Of a DNA stretch of 64,000 nt, positions 20,645 to 32,950 are shown in pieces (the stretch's first letter is position 1; each line of letters starts with the position of its first letter). A program made the position numbers and the translations under genes. The DNA is from Longimicrobiales bacterium (GTDB taxonomy: Bacteria; Gemmatimonadota; Gemmatimonadetes; Longimicrobiales; Gaopeijiaceae): positions 864,001-928,000 of the forward strand of contig OZ220732.1 of NCBI GenBank assembly GCA_965116905.1, in the 5' to 3' direction. The notes below the pieces were generated by a model. It did not search any database. It had not been told where the DNA came from and saw nothing but the letters and a program-made list of their open reading frames with translations.

Positions 20645-22167
20645 ATGACTCTGCGAAACCGGTTCACCGCCTTCTTCGTGGCGTTCGCGGTGCTGATCAG
20701 CGCCCTGGGCGGGGTGCTGACGTGGAACGCGGCGCACAGGGCACTCGAGGAGCAGCTGGACCGCGAGCTGCTGTCCGCCGGCGAGCTGGCGAAGGAAACG
20801 CTGTTTCGTCAGGACGATGTGCTCCTGCTGCTGGAGGAAGGGCAGGATCCGCCCCCGGGCTGGTTCGACTTCCAGAACGACCTCAGGCGGATGGCGACCT
20901 CCGGTGTGGTAGACCGCGCGGACATCTTCCGCTGGCGTCCCGGCGACCTGGAAGTCAGGGCCCTGGTGACGCCCGACCCGCCCGACTCTATCGCGATCCT
21001 GCAGCGCCTGAGCTGGATCGAACCGTACGTCGTCTCGGGAATGGTGCAGGAGGCGTATGAAACAGGAGCCGCGACGACGACCCGTTTTCAGCTGGAGGGA
21101 CGCGACTACCGGTACGGGATCCTACCCCTGCGGTCGGGTGAGACCTTCCTCATACTGCGGATCCCGGAAGACCACCTTGAACCGCTACGCGCGCTGACGT
21201 GGACGATCGTCGCGCTCTCGCTCGGCGCGGCGGCGCTGGGCGCGCTGATCGGCTGGCGGCTCGCGACCGGCATCGTGTCGCGCCTCGAGGTGCTCAGCAG
21301 GGGCGCACTGCGCATTCAGCGCGGAATGATGGACCGGCCCTTCGACCTCGAGGGAGAAGACGAGGTGGGGCGGCTCGCCCGGGCGATGGAGCGCATGAGG
21401 ACCGGAATTCAGCGCCGGGACGAACAGCTGCGCCTCATGCTGTCGCGCGTCGCGCACGAGATCCGCAACCCCCTGGCGGGGCTCGAACTGTTCGCGGCGG
21501 CCGCACAGGACACCGACGACCGGAAGGAGCGGCGGCGGATTCTCGGGCGGGTGCGGAGGGAAGTCGTGGGGCTCAACAGCATTATCAACGAGTTCCTCGG
21601 TTTCGCCCGTCCAGGACGCACGGAGCTCGAACTGCACGATGTCCGGGATCCCGTTGCCGATGCGGCTTCCCTGGCCGAAGCGGAGGTCCGTGAAAAGGGC
21701 GGCGAACTGCATGTCGACGTTCCCGCCGAGCCCCTTGTAGCCAACGCCGACCCGCGTCAGGTCAAGCGGCTGGTCCTGAACCTGCTCCGCAATGCCGCCC
21801 ACGCCGGGGAGACGGTCTGGGTGGAAGGCGCCATGGTCAACGGCCAGGTGCGGATCGCGGTGCGGGACGACGGTCCGGGCGTCCCGCAGGAGATCCGGGA
21901 TCGCATCTTCGAGCCCTTTGTGGGCGACAAGGCGCAGGGAGCCGGACTCGGACTGGCCATCGTCAAGGAGATGGTGGAAGCGAACCACGGGCGTGTGGAG
22001 CTGGTGGCGCAGGACCACGGGAGCGAACGGGACGGGGCGGACGCGGGAGACGGGGCGGATCGCCGGATTGGGGGCGGTGCCGAGTTCCACGTATACTTCA
22101 GTGGCCCCGAGGACCTCCCGACCGAAGGGGTGCGACGGCACGCGGCGCAGGAGGAGGAAGTGGCGAA

Positions 22168-22171
<4 letters not shown>
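20645..22171 (+). CDS. HAMP-domain sensor histidine kinase
   Basis: Two TM helices, HAMP (DEVGRLA), H-box AHEIRNPL, N-box NLLRNA, DDGPG and GAGLGL motifs. Confidence 0.95.
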
Positions 22172-23576
<1,405 letters not shown>

Positions 23577-23577
<1 letters not shown>

Positions 23578-24488
23578 TGAGGTCCGCGCGCTGGTCCGTC
23601 CCGCTGCTGATCGGAGTCCTGGCCGCCGCAGGCGCGCCGGTCGCTCTTGGCGCGCAGGGGAACCTGTCCCAGGTCGTCGACGACTGGGAGGGCCGGTACG
23701 AGGTGGCCAGGGACAACTACCAGGCCGCGTACCAGGAGTGGGAGTACTACGAAGGCCGCTGGCAACAGCTCATGGAGGAATACGGCCGGTCGCAGGCCGC
23801 GGAGGACGAGAGGCGCACCACGGAGATCCTCGCACAGCTGCAGGAGCTTTCGCAGGAAAGGGACCGGGCCGAGAGCACACTGCGGATACGCAAGGACGAA
23901 TGGCACGATGCCAGCGAGGGCCTGATCAGCGCGCTTGAAGCGCGGATCGAGCTCCAGGTGCAGCAGATGGAACGTTCCCCCGTGGGGTCCAATCCCGATT
24001 TGCTTGCGGTGTATAATGAATACAGCGCCCGCCTCGCTGAGGTCGAGAGTGAGACGGAAACGGAGTTGGGCCCACGGCGGGAACTGGAGCTGCCGCCGAT
24101 GCCCGACCTGCAGGTCCAGCCGGACGACACCCGGGGAGAGATCAATTTCAAGATCCGCAATCTCCAGAACAGAATCACCGTCCTCGAAGACCTGTCGAGC
24201 GAGCTGGACGCGAAGATCACGCAGCTGGAGAACCGGCAGCGCTGGGAGCGGACGCGCGCCGACTTCGATGCGAGCCTGACAGGATTCGACGACATCGTGG
24301 TGCCGGTAATGCCGCGCTCGGGTGCGACCACCGCGGTCGGCGATACAACCGCCGTGGACCTGGCGCTGCAGCCCCTGGAGACGCGGATAACCAGGCTGAC
24401 CGAGCTCCGGGACGAGGTGCTCGAGCGGATCGGGCAACTGCAGGAGAAGGTCGAGGACTTCCAGCGAGAAGCGGAGCGCAGGCCGTGA
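23577..24488 (+). CDS. Secreted coiled-coil hypothetical protein
   Basis: Signal peptide and E/Q/R-rich heptad segments; start overlaps the upstream stop. Confidence 0.7.
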
Positions 24489-25606
24489 GGACCGCACGTC
24501 TTCTGCCGTTCGCCGCGATCTGCGTCGGCCTCGTCACTCCGGCCGTGGCGGACGGTCAGATTCGACTCCGTGACTTCGTGATCACCGAAGGGGCTTCGCT
24601 CGAGGGCTATCTGGGGAACTTCGCCGCGATTACAGTCCCCCAGATCGACTCGACCGAGAAGGCCGTGGCCGGCGTGGGAGAGGTAAGTGTCCGCGGCATC
24701 CTGCGGCTCATGGGTCGCGAGAACCAGGCCTTCGACGTGGCGTTCGACGGTGGGATCCGCCAGTTTGCGACCGGCGGCTTCCAGCTGCGCAACTACGCGC
24801 CCCGCGAGCACAGCGGAAACGTGCAAACGATGTATCAGCGCCTGATCCGGGGCGGGAACCTGACAGCCGATGCCGGGGCACGGTTCAGGAGCATCTCCGA
24901 CCGGCCTCCGCTGCCCCTTTATCTCGCTCCGGGATACGATCGCTACAATGCGGGTGTGTCCTACCGGTTCCGGGACTTCCTCGATGTGGGCGTCGGGGGA
25001 GAGGTCGCCGATTACGCGGCGCCCAAGGTGTTGCCCGCGCTGGATCTGCTGGACCGGTCATCGCTGGTGGTGAACGCGGGCGTCCAAAAGATCTACCGGG
25101 GTGCGGCCGAGCTTGATCGAAACGACTACTGGGTCATGCGGCTATTCAGCAGCTACAGCTATCACAGCTATCCGCAGCAGGGGCAGGGTTCGCCCCGAGT
25201 CGACCATGCCGTGGGTGCGGGCGCCGCCTTCCAGGGCAGGTGGCAGCGGCTGTCGCTCGAGTTCACGCTGGAGGGAACGCGCAGCCGCTCGACATCGCTG
25301 CGCGTGGAGTACAACGCCGCGCGCCTGAATGGCCGGGCCGACTGGATTCTGGGAGAGAAGACGCAGGTCGGCCTCCTGGGCACGCTGGCACGCAAGCGCT
25401 TCATCCAGCCCGGCCAGGATGCCCTGGTCCCGGGAGAGGAGGCGGACAACGCCTCGATCCTGTACGCCGAGTTGACCCGCCACCTGGGAGAGCGGGTGTC
25501 GGGCGCGTTCCGCTTTGGCTGGCAGAAGGTGGAGACGAATATCAGCGGGGCCTACTATACGCGCTTCGGCGGATCCTTCTACCTCCGGGTCAGGCCCTGG
25601 AACTAG
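24485..25606 (+). CDS. Putative outer-membrane beta-barrel protein
   Basis: Signal peptide, alternating amphipathic strands and aromatic-rich C-terminus (GSFYLRVRPWN); GTGA overlap with upstream gene. Confidence 0.6.
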   Translation: MRTARLLPFAAICVGLVTPAVADGQIRLRDFVITEGASLEGYLGNFAAITVPQIDSTEKAVAGVGEVSVRGILRLMGRENQAFDVAFDGGIRQFATGGFQLRNYAPREHSGNVQTMYQRLIRGGNLTADAGARFRSISDRPPLPLYLAPGYDRYNAGVSYRFRDFLDVGVGGEVADYAAPKVLPALDLLDRSSLVVNAGVQKIYRGAAELDRNDYWVMRLFSSYSYHSYPQQGQGSPRVDHAVGAGAAFQGRWQRLSLEFTLEGTRSRSTSLRVEYNAARLNGRADWILGEKTQVGLLGTLARKRFIQPGQDALVPGEEADNASILYAELTRHLGERVSGAFRFGWQKVETNISGAYYTRFGGSFYLRVRPWN

Positions 25607-25666
25607 CCCGGGGCAAAGGGCCGTCCGGGCAGGGAACCACTCCGCAACGAGGCGCGGGCCGAGGCC

Positions 25667-26434
25667 CTACGCGAGTGAGCCGCCGGTCCTGAGGACGATG
25701 CCCAGTTGGGCGGGCAATCCTGCCGCATCGATCGCCGCGACGGCGCGTTCCAGATCATAGGAGACCCGCGGGAAGCGGACCTCGATCCCGCCGTCGGCGG
25801 CGTCTGCGAAGTCCACGAGGTCCACAAGCGCGTAGGAACCGCGTGGATCGCCGTCCTTGGGCCTGCCCACCGAACCGGTGTTCACAAGGGTCCGGCCATT
25901 GAATGTCCTGGCCCAGGCTTTGTGGGTGTGACCGCAGAAGATCGCGTCGCCTTCGCGGGCCCGGAGTCGTCCGATCATCGCGTCGCAGAACCGGGCGGAT
26001 CGGTCCTCGCGCCAATAGACCGTGTTCATGGTGGCCGCCCCGTGAACGAGGATGAGCGTTCGCCCGGGCGTGTGTCCGCCGAATGGCCGCAGATCGAGGC
26101 GGAACGGGAGATTGGCAAGGTACCGTCGGTTGCGCGCGCTGGTGTTCTCGCGGGTCCAGCGATAGCTCTCGGCCGATAGTGCCCGGTGACGGGGGTCGTC
26201 GTGCTGGCAGCCGCAGCTCGGGTGGCCGAGCGCGACGGTCGTGTCGTAGTTGCCCGCCACCCCCGCGATGCCGGCCGCGCGGATCCGTTCGATGACTTCA
26301 TTGGGCCACGGGCCGTAGCCGACGAGATCTCCGAGGTGGTACGTGGCGTCGACGTCCCGGGACGCGATATCGGCAAGAACCGCCTCCAGGGCGGGCAGGT
26401 TGCCATGGATGTCGGAGATGATGGCGATGCGCAC
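25667..26434 (-). CDS. Calcineurin-like metallophosphoesterase
   Basis: SDIHGN, LGDLVGYG, GNYD, HG, GHTH and NTGSVG motifs. Probable GTG start at 26434. Confidence 0.92.
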   Translation of the reverse strand: MRIAIISDIHGNLPALEAVLADIASRDVDATYHLGDLVGYGPWPNEVIERIRAAGIAGVAGNYDTTVALGHPSCGCQHDDPRHRALSAESYRWTRENTSARNRRYLANLPFRLDLRPFGGHTPGRTLILVHGAATMNTVYWREDRSARFCDAMIGRLRAREGDAIFCGHTHKAWARTFNGRTLVNTGSVGRPKDGDPRGSYALVDLVDFADAADGGIEVRFPRVSYDLERAVAAIDAAGLPAQLGIVLRTGGSLA

Positions 26435-26463
26435 GGCGTGTCCGGTCCGGTTGGGCGGTCGGA

Positions 26464-27696
26464 TCAAGGGGCCCGGCGGGCCTGTTCGAGCGCCTCGAGG
26501 ACGTAGTCGATCCCGGCCTCCGTGTGGTCGGCGTTGATCTGGAAGCGGATCGATTCGTCGCCGCGCGGTACGACGGGGAAGGCAAGACCCGTGGCCAGGA
26601 CGCCGGCGTCGAAGAGCGCGGCGACGAGACGGCGCGTCTCGGTCGTGTCACGCACCATGATAGGGACGATGGGGTGGTCACCCGGGATGATCTCGAAGCC
26701 GCGTGAGACGAGGCCGGACTCGAACCGCTTTGTCAGGTCGCGCAGGTGGCGCAGACGCGTCGCGCCCTCCGGTCCCTGGAGGATCTCCAGCGATTTTCGC
26801 GCGGCTGCGGCTTCACCGGAGGTGATGGGGTTCGAGTAGATGTAGAGCGGCGACGCCTCGCGCAGGAAGCGGATCACCGGCGCGCTCGACACCACGTAGC
26901 CGCCATTGACGCCGAACGCCTTGCCCAGGGTGCCCACCAGAAGGTCGCTGGGCGGGCTGCCGGTGTATTCCTCGGTACCCCTGCCGGTGGGCCCGAACGC
27001 GCCGACACCGTGGGAGTCGTCGACCACCACCACGACGTTCTCGGGATAGTCCGGGTCGTGTTTTGTCGCGATCTCCATGATCTCGTCCACCGGGGCGTGG
27101 TCGCCGCGCATCGAGAAGATGCCGTCGGTGACCACGATGGCGCGGCGCGCGCTGCCCTTCGCTTCGTCCAGCTGCCGGTCCAGAGCGGCCAGATCGAGGT
27201 GCGGGTAGATTGCCTTGCCCGCCGGCCGGGACATCCGTATCGCGTTGATGATGCAGTTGTGATTGAGCTCGTCGGAGAGCAGGAAGGTGGTCTTGTCGGT
27301 CAGCGAGACGAGCGCGCTGACGACCGCCGCGTAGGCCGAGGAGAAGATCATCCCCTCTTCCCGCCCGTGAAACGCCGCCAGCGCGCGCTCCAGCTCGATG
27401 TGCGGTGTGTGCGTGCCGGCGATGAAGCGGACTGCCCCCGGCCCGGCGCCCATTGCACGCGCCGTGGTCTCCTCGGCCTCGATGACGTCGGGATGCAGGC
27501 CGAGACCCAGATACGAGTTGGCGTTCATGCGGATGAACGGCTTGTCGCCCTGCCCCTCCAGGAGGAACCGGGGTCCGTGACCGTCACGCGGCGGGACCAC
27601 TTCCCGGACCACGACTTCGGCTCCCTTGGCCGTCCCCGCCGCCTCCATCCCGGCCACCAGGCCATTGACCACGTCGGTCAGGCGATCCATCGGCAT
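26464..27696 (-). CDS. kbl: 2-amino-3-ketobutyrate CoA ligase (glycine C-acetyltransferase)
   Basis: NSYLGL, VRFIAGT, DELNHNCII, DDSHG and GTLGKAFG PLP-lysine motif; adjacent to a TDH-type SDR. Confidence 0.85.
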   Translation of the reverse strand: MPMDRLTDVVNGLVAGMEAAGTAKGAEVVVREVVPPRDGHGPRFLLEGQGDKPFIRMNANSYLGLGLHPDVIEAEETTARAMGAGPGAVRFIAGTHTPHIELERALAAFHGREEGMIFSSAYAAVVSALVSLTDKTTFLLSDELNHNCIINAIRMSRPAGKAIYPHLDLAALDRQLDEAKGSARRAIVVTDGIFSMRGDHAPVDEIMEIATKHDPDYPENVVVVVDDSHGVGAFGPTGRGTEEYTGSPPSDLLVGTLGKAFGVNGGYVVSSAPVIRFLREASPLYIYSNPITSGEAAAARKSLEILQGPEGATRLRHLRDLTKRFESGLVSRGFEIIPGDHPIVPIMVRDTTETRRLVAALFDAGVLATGLAFPVVPRGDESIRFQINADHTEAGIDYVLEALEQARRAP

Positions 27697-27704
27697 CGTG
27701 TCGC

Positions 27705-28676
27705 TTACCTCCGGGCGGTGCCCGATCCCTCACGGGCGAGTTGGCTTCTCAGTCCCCTGAACATGTCCGCCACCATGTCCGGAAGCCCGTATTCGGCGCG
27801 CCAGCCCCACTGTTCGAACGCCTCCGAGTCATCCAGACGCGCGGGCCACGAGTCCGCGATGGCCTGGCGCAACGGGTCCGGTTCGTACTCGATCTCGAAG
27901 TCCGGCATGTGCACGCGTATCGCGGCCGCGAGTTCGGCCGGAGTGAAGTGCATGCCCGTGACGTTGAATGCGTTGCGGTGGACCAGTGCCTCGGACGGTG
28001 CCTCCATGAGTTCGACGATCGCGCGTATCGCGTCGGGCATGTACAGCATGTCCATGCGCGTGTCCGGCTTCAGGAAGCAGGTGTAGCGGCCTTCGGCCAG
28101 CGCGCACCGGAAGATGTCGACGGCGTAGTCCGTGGTCCCGCCGCCCGCCGGTGCCGTGTAGGAAACGAGTCCCGGGAAACGGAGTCCGCGGGCGTCGACC
28201 CCGAAACGGGTGTGGTAGTAGTCGCACAGGAGCTCGCCGGCGACCTTGGTGACGCCGTACATGGTCGTGGGCCGCTGCAGCGTGGACTGCGGGGCCGGGT
28301 CGCTCGGCGTCTCCGGACCGAAGACGGCAATCGAACTTGGCGTGAACACCCGGCAACCCCTTTCGGCCGCGACCTGCAGGACGTTGAGGAGCGTGCCCAT
28401 GTTGATCCGGTAGGCGCGTGCCGGATCCTGTTCGGCCGCCGCGGACAGGACCGCCGCGAGATGGAAGATCTCGGTGGCGCCGAAACCATCCACGGCGCCG
28501 CGAATGGCGCCCGTGTCCAGGGAGTCGAGCTTTTCGGCGTGGTACGCGCCCGCCCACTCCGCGGGATCGCGGATGTCGGTGGCGAGCACCGCCTCGGGCC
28601 CGTAGCGCGTCCGGAGGGCTGTGGCGAGCTCGGTCCCGATCTGTCCGGCGGCTCCGGTTATCAGGATACGCTTCAT
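27705..28676 (-). CDS. tdh: L-threonine 3-dehydrogenase (extended SDR / epimerase fold)
   Basis: ITGAAGQIGTEL, PSSIAVFG, MYGVTK, GGGTTDYAV and RQAIADSWP motifs; upstream of kbl. Confidence 0.85.
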   Translation of the reverse strand: MKRILITGAAGQIGTELATALRTRYGPEAVLATDIRDPAEWAGAYHAEKLDSLDTGAIRGAVDGFGATEIFHLAAVLSAAAEQDPARAYRINMGTLLNVLQVAAERGCRVFTPSSIAVFGPETPSDPAPQSTLQRPTTMYGVTKVAGELLCDYYHTRFGVDARGLRFPGLVSYTAPAGGGTTDYAVDIFRCALAEGRYTCFLKPDTRMDMLYMPDAIRAIVELMEAPSEALVHRNAFNVTGMHFTPAELAAAIRVHMPDFEIEYEPDPLRQAIADSWPARLDDSEAFEQWGWRAEYGLPDMVADMFRGLRSQLAREGSGTARR

Positions 28677-28802
28677 GTGGGAGAGATGGCCGACTCTCTG
28701 GATTCTGCGAGGAGGCGATCCGGAACCGGACCGGCCGGCCGTTTGACCGGCCATGAAAAAATGCCGGTAAACGCACCGGGGGCAAGGCTGCCGCCTACGA
28801 AT

Positions 28803-29288
28803 TCATCTGCGGCCGTCTCGCGGTCCCCGCCTGCTGGTCCAGCGGCGAAAGCGTTCGCGATCCAGTCTCCGGAACTCCCGATAGGCCGCGCGCTGATCTT
28901 CGGTCAGAATGCTGTCGATCTCCTGCTGGAGCGAGTCCATCTGGCTGCGGAGACGCGGAAGCACCCCCTCCATGACCTGTTGGGCGGCAACGCGAGAGCG
29001 CTCCATGGCCGCGTCGATCTGCTCCCGCTGTTCGTCCGACAACTGCAGGGACCGGGCCATCCGATCGGTGACCTGCATGCGGGCCAGCTGGTCGAACCCG
29101 GGCGCTCCCCGGATGCTCCCCGGGCGTCTGGCCAGCTCGGGCGCCTGGTCGCGACGCGGAGAACGCGAGTCCTCCCGGAAGTAGGGCTCGGACCGGTTGT
29201 CCATGATTCGAAGCGCGCCCAGCGTCACGGCGGCTCCGGCGAAGAACACTGCGGCGAGCAGTGCGGCGGCGGTGGCTTTCCTGTTCAT
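28803..29288 (-). CDS. Periplasmic Spy/CpxP-like helical protein
   Basis: N-terminal TM/signal; LSDEQREQI and LTEDQRAAY (LTxxQ-like) motifs; third gene of the ECF operon. Confidence 0.6.
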   Translation of the reverse strand: MNRKATAAALLAAVFFAGAAVTLGALRIMDNRSEPYFREDSRSPRRDQAPELARRPGSIRGAPGFDQLARMQVTDRMARSLQLSDEQREQIDAAMERSRVAAQQVMEGVLPRLRSQMDSLQQEIDSILTEDQRAAYREFRRLDRERFRRWTSRRGPRDGRR

Positions 29289-29677
29289 GGCGCATACTCC
29301 TGGACTGCTTCGACAAGCTCCTCCACGGTCGGCGCGTAGCTCCCCTCGATCCAGGCGGCAACGGACCAGGGCACCATCACCTCGGCCATCGCCACTTCTT
29401 CCGCGCCGCCATCGGCCGGCAGAAGGAGCAGCGTCGCGACGGCTGCCGCGGCAAGCCCGCTGGCGGCCGTGATGACGGGACGCCGCCAACCCGCCAGCGT
29501 ACCGGCGAGCGACGCGTGGCGTCGACGGGCGTCGAGCAGCGGCTGGGCCTCCGCCACGATCCGCGCGACGAGCGCTTCCCAGCGGTTCGGGTCGGTCTCG
29601 GGGTCGAGTTCCGCGGCTGCGGAAGGCCCTGCCCCCGCGGATGCCCGTTTCCTCGGGTCTTTCCGGTGGTCGTTCAT
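29285..29677 (-). CDS. Putative anti-sigma factor
   Basis: Small single-TM protein immediately downstream of the ECF sigma. Confidence 0.55.
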   Translation of the reverse strand: MNDHRKDPRKRASAGAGPSAAAELDPETDPNRWEALVARIVAEAQPLLDARRRHASLAGTLAGWRRPVITAASGLAAAAVATLLLLPADGGAEEVAMAEVMVPWSVAAWIEGSYAPTVEELVEAVQEYAP

Positions 29678-29678
29678 T

Positions 29679-30257
29679 TCAAAGGACTCCCTTGACTGCC
29701 TTTGGCCGGAAACCGCTCGAATCCGTGAGCCGTTTCCTCATCGTCTTGCGTGCCATATGGAGGTGGACCCGCGACGAACCGGCCGAGATGCCGAGCCTGG
29801 TCGCGATCTCCCCGTGTCGCCAGCCCTCCAGGTCGTAGAGGACGAGCACCTTGCGCTGCAGTTCCGTGAGGTGTGCCATGGCCTCACGCAACCGTCCGCG
29901 CAGCTCCGCCCTGGCCGTGTCGGCAAACGGGTCGTGGCCGGACGACGCCGATGTCGCCTTCTCCAGCGGGATCGCGGACCTCACGCGGTTGTATTCGCGG
30001 CGATTGTGCGCTGTGTTGCGAACGATCACCATGAGCCATGAACTGAATCGGTCGGGGTTGCGGCACGCGTCGATCTGCTGCAACGCCTTTATGAAAGCAT
30101 CCTGGCACACGCCGTCCGCGTCGCTGGGGTTGTCCAGACTGGCCCTGGCCACCGCGTGCGCGGTTCTCAGGTGCCGCCGGACCAACTGGTCGAACGCGCT
30201 TCGATCGCCGCGGCGAACACGCTCGACAAGGATCCCGTCTGTTTCCCCACTGGCCAT
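29679..30257 (-). CDS. ECF RNA polymerase sigma factor
   Basis: GDRSAFDQLV, region 2 (DAFIKA, FSSWL) and region 4 (YDLEGWRHGEIATRLGIS). Confidence 0.92.
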   Translation of the reverse strand: MASGETDGILVERVRRGDRSAFDQLVRRHLRTAHAVARASLDNPSDADGVCQDAFIKALQQIDACRNPDRFSSWLMVIVRNTAHNRREYNRVRSAIPLEKATSASSGHDPFADTARAELRGRLREAMAHLTELQRKVLVLYDLEGWRHGEIATRLGISAGSSRVHLHMARKTMRKRLTDSSGFRPKAVKGVL

Positions 30258-30331
30258 GGATGTCGGGATGGCTGGAGTTGCGTCGGACGAACCGTGCCTT
30301 CGTTTTGCGGACAGCCAGCCTGCGGGGTTTG

Positions 30332-30676
30332 TTATGAAGCGCTCTCCGTCGAGCCCGGCCCGACCTTGGGAGTCCAGCGTCCGCGGTCCCGGCGCTCGTA
30401 CTTGTCCATGACCCGCTCGAACGCCTCATCCAGGTCGATTCCCTGCTGGTTCGCCAGCGAAACCAGCACGAAGAGGACGTCCGCGATCTCCAGTTCGAGC
30501 TCCGCGGCCGGCTCGTCGGCCCGCTTGGGCTTGGAACCGAAACGATGATTGATCTCGCGCGACAGTTCGCCGACCTCCTCAACCAGGCGGGCGAGGATGG
30601 CGAGCGGTGGCCAGTATCCCTCCTCGAACCGGCCGATCCATTCGTCCACCCGATCCTGAGCCTCGCGGAAATCCAC
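30332..30676 (-). CDS. MazG-like nucleotide pyrophosphohydrolase (YpjD family)
   Basis: YWPPLAILARLVEEVGELSREINH...EIADVLFVL...KYERRDRGRW. GTG start at 30676. Confidence 0.9.
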   Translation of the reverse strand: MDFREAQDRVDEWIGRFEEGYWPPLAILARLVEEVGELSREINHRFGSKPKRADEPAAELELEIADVLFVLVSLANQQGIDLDEAFERVMDKYERRDRGRWTPKVGPGSTESAS

Positions 30677-30680
30677 TCCC

Positions 30681-31724
30681 TCAGTCCTCTGATCCGGGCA
30701 GCTGCGGGTCCAGGACGAGCTTGCCGAAGACATCGCCCGCCTCGAGCAGCTCGTGTGCCCGCCGCGCCTCGGAAAGCGGCAGCACCGCGTGGATGGGCGG
30801 AGTCGCGACCCCGCGAAAGACAAGTTCCATGGTTTCCCGGAACTCCTCTCGCGTGCCCATCGTGGAGCCGAGGATCGAGAGCTGACGCCAGAAGAGCAAG
30901 CGGATATCGATCTTTCCGCGGGCACCGGTCGTCGCTCCGAAGGACACCAGCCGGCCTCCGACGGCCAGACTCCGCACAAGCTGGGGCCAGATCGCCTCGC
31001 CGACCGAGTCGAGGCAGACGTTGATCCCCCGCTTGCCGGTGGCCTTGAAGACTTCCTTGCTCCAGTCGGTCGTGGTCCGGTCGAAGACGTGATGGGCCCC
31101 CAGGTCGCGGACTTGCCGGGCCCGTTCCTCGGAAGACGTGATCGCATAGACCTCCGCGCCCAGATGCCTGGCGAACTGCACGGCCATACACGACACGCCG
31201 CCGCTCGCACCGGTGATCAGCACGCGGTCCTGTCTGCGAACGCGGCCCCGCGACGTGAGCCCGTGCCAGGCGGTCACGCCGACCAGGGCAGCGGCGGCTG
31301 CGGTGGCCGACGACACGTGGTCCGGGATCTCGACGACGTTCATGGCGGGCACGACGGCGTACTCCGCAAAGCCGCCCTGCGTGTGCTCCCCGATGATCTG
31401 GAAGGGCTCCGCACTGCTCCCCATGCTGGGAGCCAGCCGATACCAGCCGTATTCGAGGGAAGGATCCACGACCACCCGTTTGCCGAGGAGTGAGCGGATG
31501 ACGCCGGGCCCGGTCTTTTCGACAACGCCTGCGATGTCCGCGCCGCCGATGTGCGGCATGGGGATCTCGATCGGAAGCCCGCGGCGCATCCACAGATCCA
31601 GGTGGTTCATGGCCGAGGCCTCGACCCGGATCCGCACCTCTCCGGGCTCGGGCCTGGGGATGTCGACATCCTCGACGGTGACGACCTCTGGGCCGCCGTT
31701 CTCGTGAAACAGCGCAGCCAGCAC
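30681..31724 (-). CDS. Zinc-binding dehydrogenase / NADPH:quinone oxidoreductase (MDR family)
   Basis: NHLDLW, PHIGGADIAG, ITGASGGV, GSTMG and FGKLVL motifs. Confidence 0.9.
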   Translation of the reverse strand: MLAALFHENGGPEVVTVEDVDIPRPEPGEVRIRVEASAMNHLDLWMRRGLPIEIPMPHIGGADIAGVVEKTGPGVIRSLLGKRVVVDPSLEYGWYRLAPSMGSSAEPFQIIGEHTQGGFAEYAVVPAMNVVEIPDHVSSATAAAAALVGVTAWHGLTSRGRVRRQDRVLITGASGGVSCMAVQFARHLGAEVYAITSSEERARQVRDLGAHHVFDRTTTDWSKEVFKATGKRGINVCLDSVGEAIWPQLVRSLAVGGRLVSFGATTGARGKIDIRLLFWRQLSILGSTMGTREEFRETMELVFRGVATPPIHAVLPLSEARRAHELLEAGDVFGKLVLDPQLPGSED

Positions 31725-31802
31725 CTTTGAACCTCCGCGGTTTTGGGCGACGTGGACCTGTTGTCACTAACATAAGGGCAAGACGTTGCGGACGGGGCAG
31801 GG

Positions 31803-32249
31803 GTGACGGGACCACGGAGACCACGAGGACCACAGGTGACGGAGCCAGTGACGGGGCCGGGAACAAGCGAGGACGACCGCACCCTGGGGGGCTATTTCGA
31901 CGTCCACAGCCGCCCGCCCGCGTTCGAGGCGGTCGATGGTCAGCCGTACACGGTTTCCATCGAGACCGAACGGACCGGAGACCTGAAGGCGCCGGTGGCG
32001 GGGTACCTCGTCTTCCCGCGCTGGGCCGAGACAGGGTTGGGGATCGTGGGCCATGTGGAGAGCCCCTTGCAGTGGTGGGGCGCCACGCGCGGTGCAGTGG
32101 TCGACGCCGCCCGGGCCGTGACTCTGAACGAGGTACAGCGCATGCTGAACGAAGCCGTGGTGGCCAGGTCGGAGAGCGACGGGAATTCGGAGACGGACGG
32201 GAGGGCGGAGACCGACGGGAGGGCGGCGAGCGACGGGAGGTCGGGGTGA
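31803..32249 (+). CDS. Hypothetical protein
   Basis: Globular core (TLGGYFDVHSRPPAFEAVDGQPYTV...YLVFPRWA) with repeat-rich termini; GTGA overlap with queE. Start uncertain. Confidence 0.6.
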   Translation: MTGPRRPRGPQVTEPVTGPGTSEDDRTLGGYFDVHSRPPAFEAVDGQPYTVSIETERTGDLKAPVAGYLVFPRWAETGLGIVGHVESPLQWWGATRGAVVDAARAVTLNEVQRMLNEAVVARSESDGNSETDGRAETDGRAASDGRSG

Positions 32250-32914
32250 CGCCGCAGTCCGTGCGCGTGACGGAGATCTTCCATTCGATCCAGGGAGAGT
32301 CCACCTGGGCGGGCCTGCCGTGCACCTTCGTTCGCCTGACGGGCTGTCCGCTGCGCTGCGTGTGGTGCGATACCGCGTACGCCTTCCACGGGGGCACGCG
32401 CATGCCGATCACCGAGGTGGTGGAGACCGTGGCGGCGGAGGGGTGCGGGCTGGTCGAGATCACCGGCGGAGAGCCGCTGGTCCAGCCGGGCGCGGCGACA
32501 CTGGCCTCACGCCTCCTGGACGACGGATACACGGTTCTGGTCGAGACCTCGGGCGCGGTCGACGTGAGCGTTCTGGACGACCGGGTCCACACGATCATGG
32601 ACCTCAAATGCCCCGGCTCGGGCGAAGCCGACCGCAATCTCTGGACCAACCTGGAGCACCTGTCGGAGCGTGACGAGGTCAAGTTCGTCGTCTCCGGCCA
32701 GGACGACTTCGAGTGGGCCGCCAACGTGATCCGCCGCCACGGACTGGACGAGCGCGTGCAAGCCGGCACGCTCGGAGCGCTGCTGGTCTCGCCGGTCTGG
32801 GGACTGGAGGAGATGGAGGCACTGGCCGCATCGATCCTGGCGAGCCGACTGCCGGTCCGGTTTCAGACCCAGCTCCACAAGCACATCTGGGGACCCGACC
32901 GCGCCGGCGTATAG
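32246..32914 (+). CDS. queE: 7-carboxy-7-deazaguanine synthase (radical SAM)
   Basis: EIFHSIQGE, RLTGCPLRCVWCDT, TGGEPL and QLHKHIW motifs. GTG start at 32246. Confidence 0.93.
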   Translation: MTPQSVRVTEIFHSIQGESTWAGLPCTFVRLTGCPLRCVWCDTAYAFHGGTRMPITEVVETVAAEGCGLVEITGGEPLVQPGAATLASRLLDDGYTVLVETSGAVDVSVLDDRVHTIMDLKCPGSGEADRNLWTNLEHLSERDEVKFVVSGQDDFEWAANVIRRHGLDERVQAGTLGALLVSPVWGLEEMEALAASILASRLPVRFQTQLHKHIWGPDRAGV

Positions 32915-32950
32915 GCCGGACGCCAGGGCGGTTCTGGGACGAGACCCGGC

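Noticed and set aside
29884..32769. 961-aa minus-strand ORF and other long shadow ORFs (e.g. 13148-15079, 36425-38425, 27741-29339)
   Set aside because: Arg/Pro/Gly-rich with no motifs, and they overlap well-supported genes in other frames or strands; expected in high-GC DNA where stop codons are rare.
32246..32914. queE as part of a 7-deazaguanine DNA-modification (dpd) island
   Set aside because: No dpdA/tgt-like, queC, queD or folE neighbours; the context is housekeeping.
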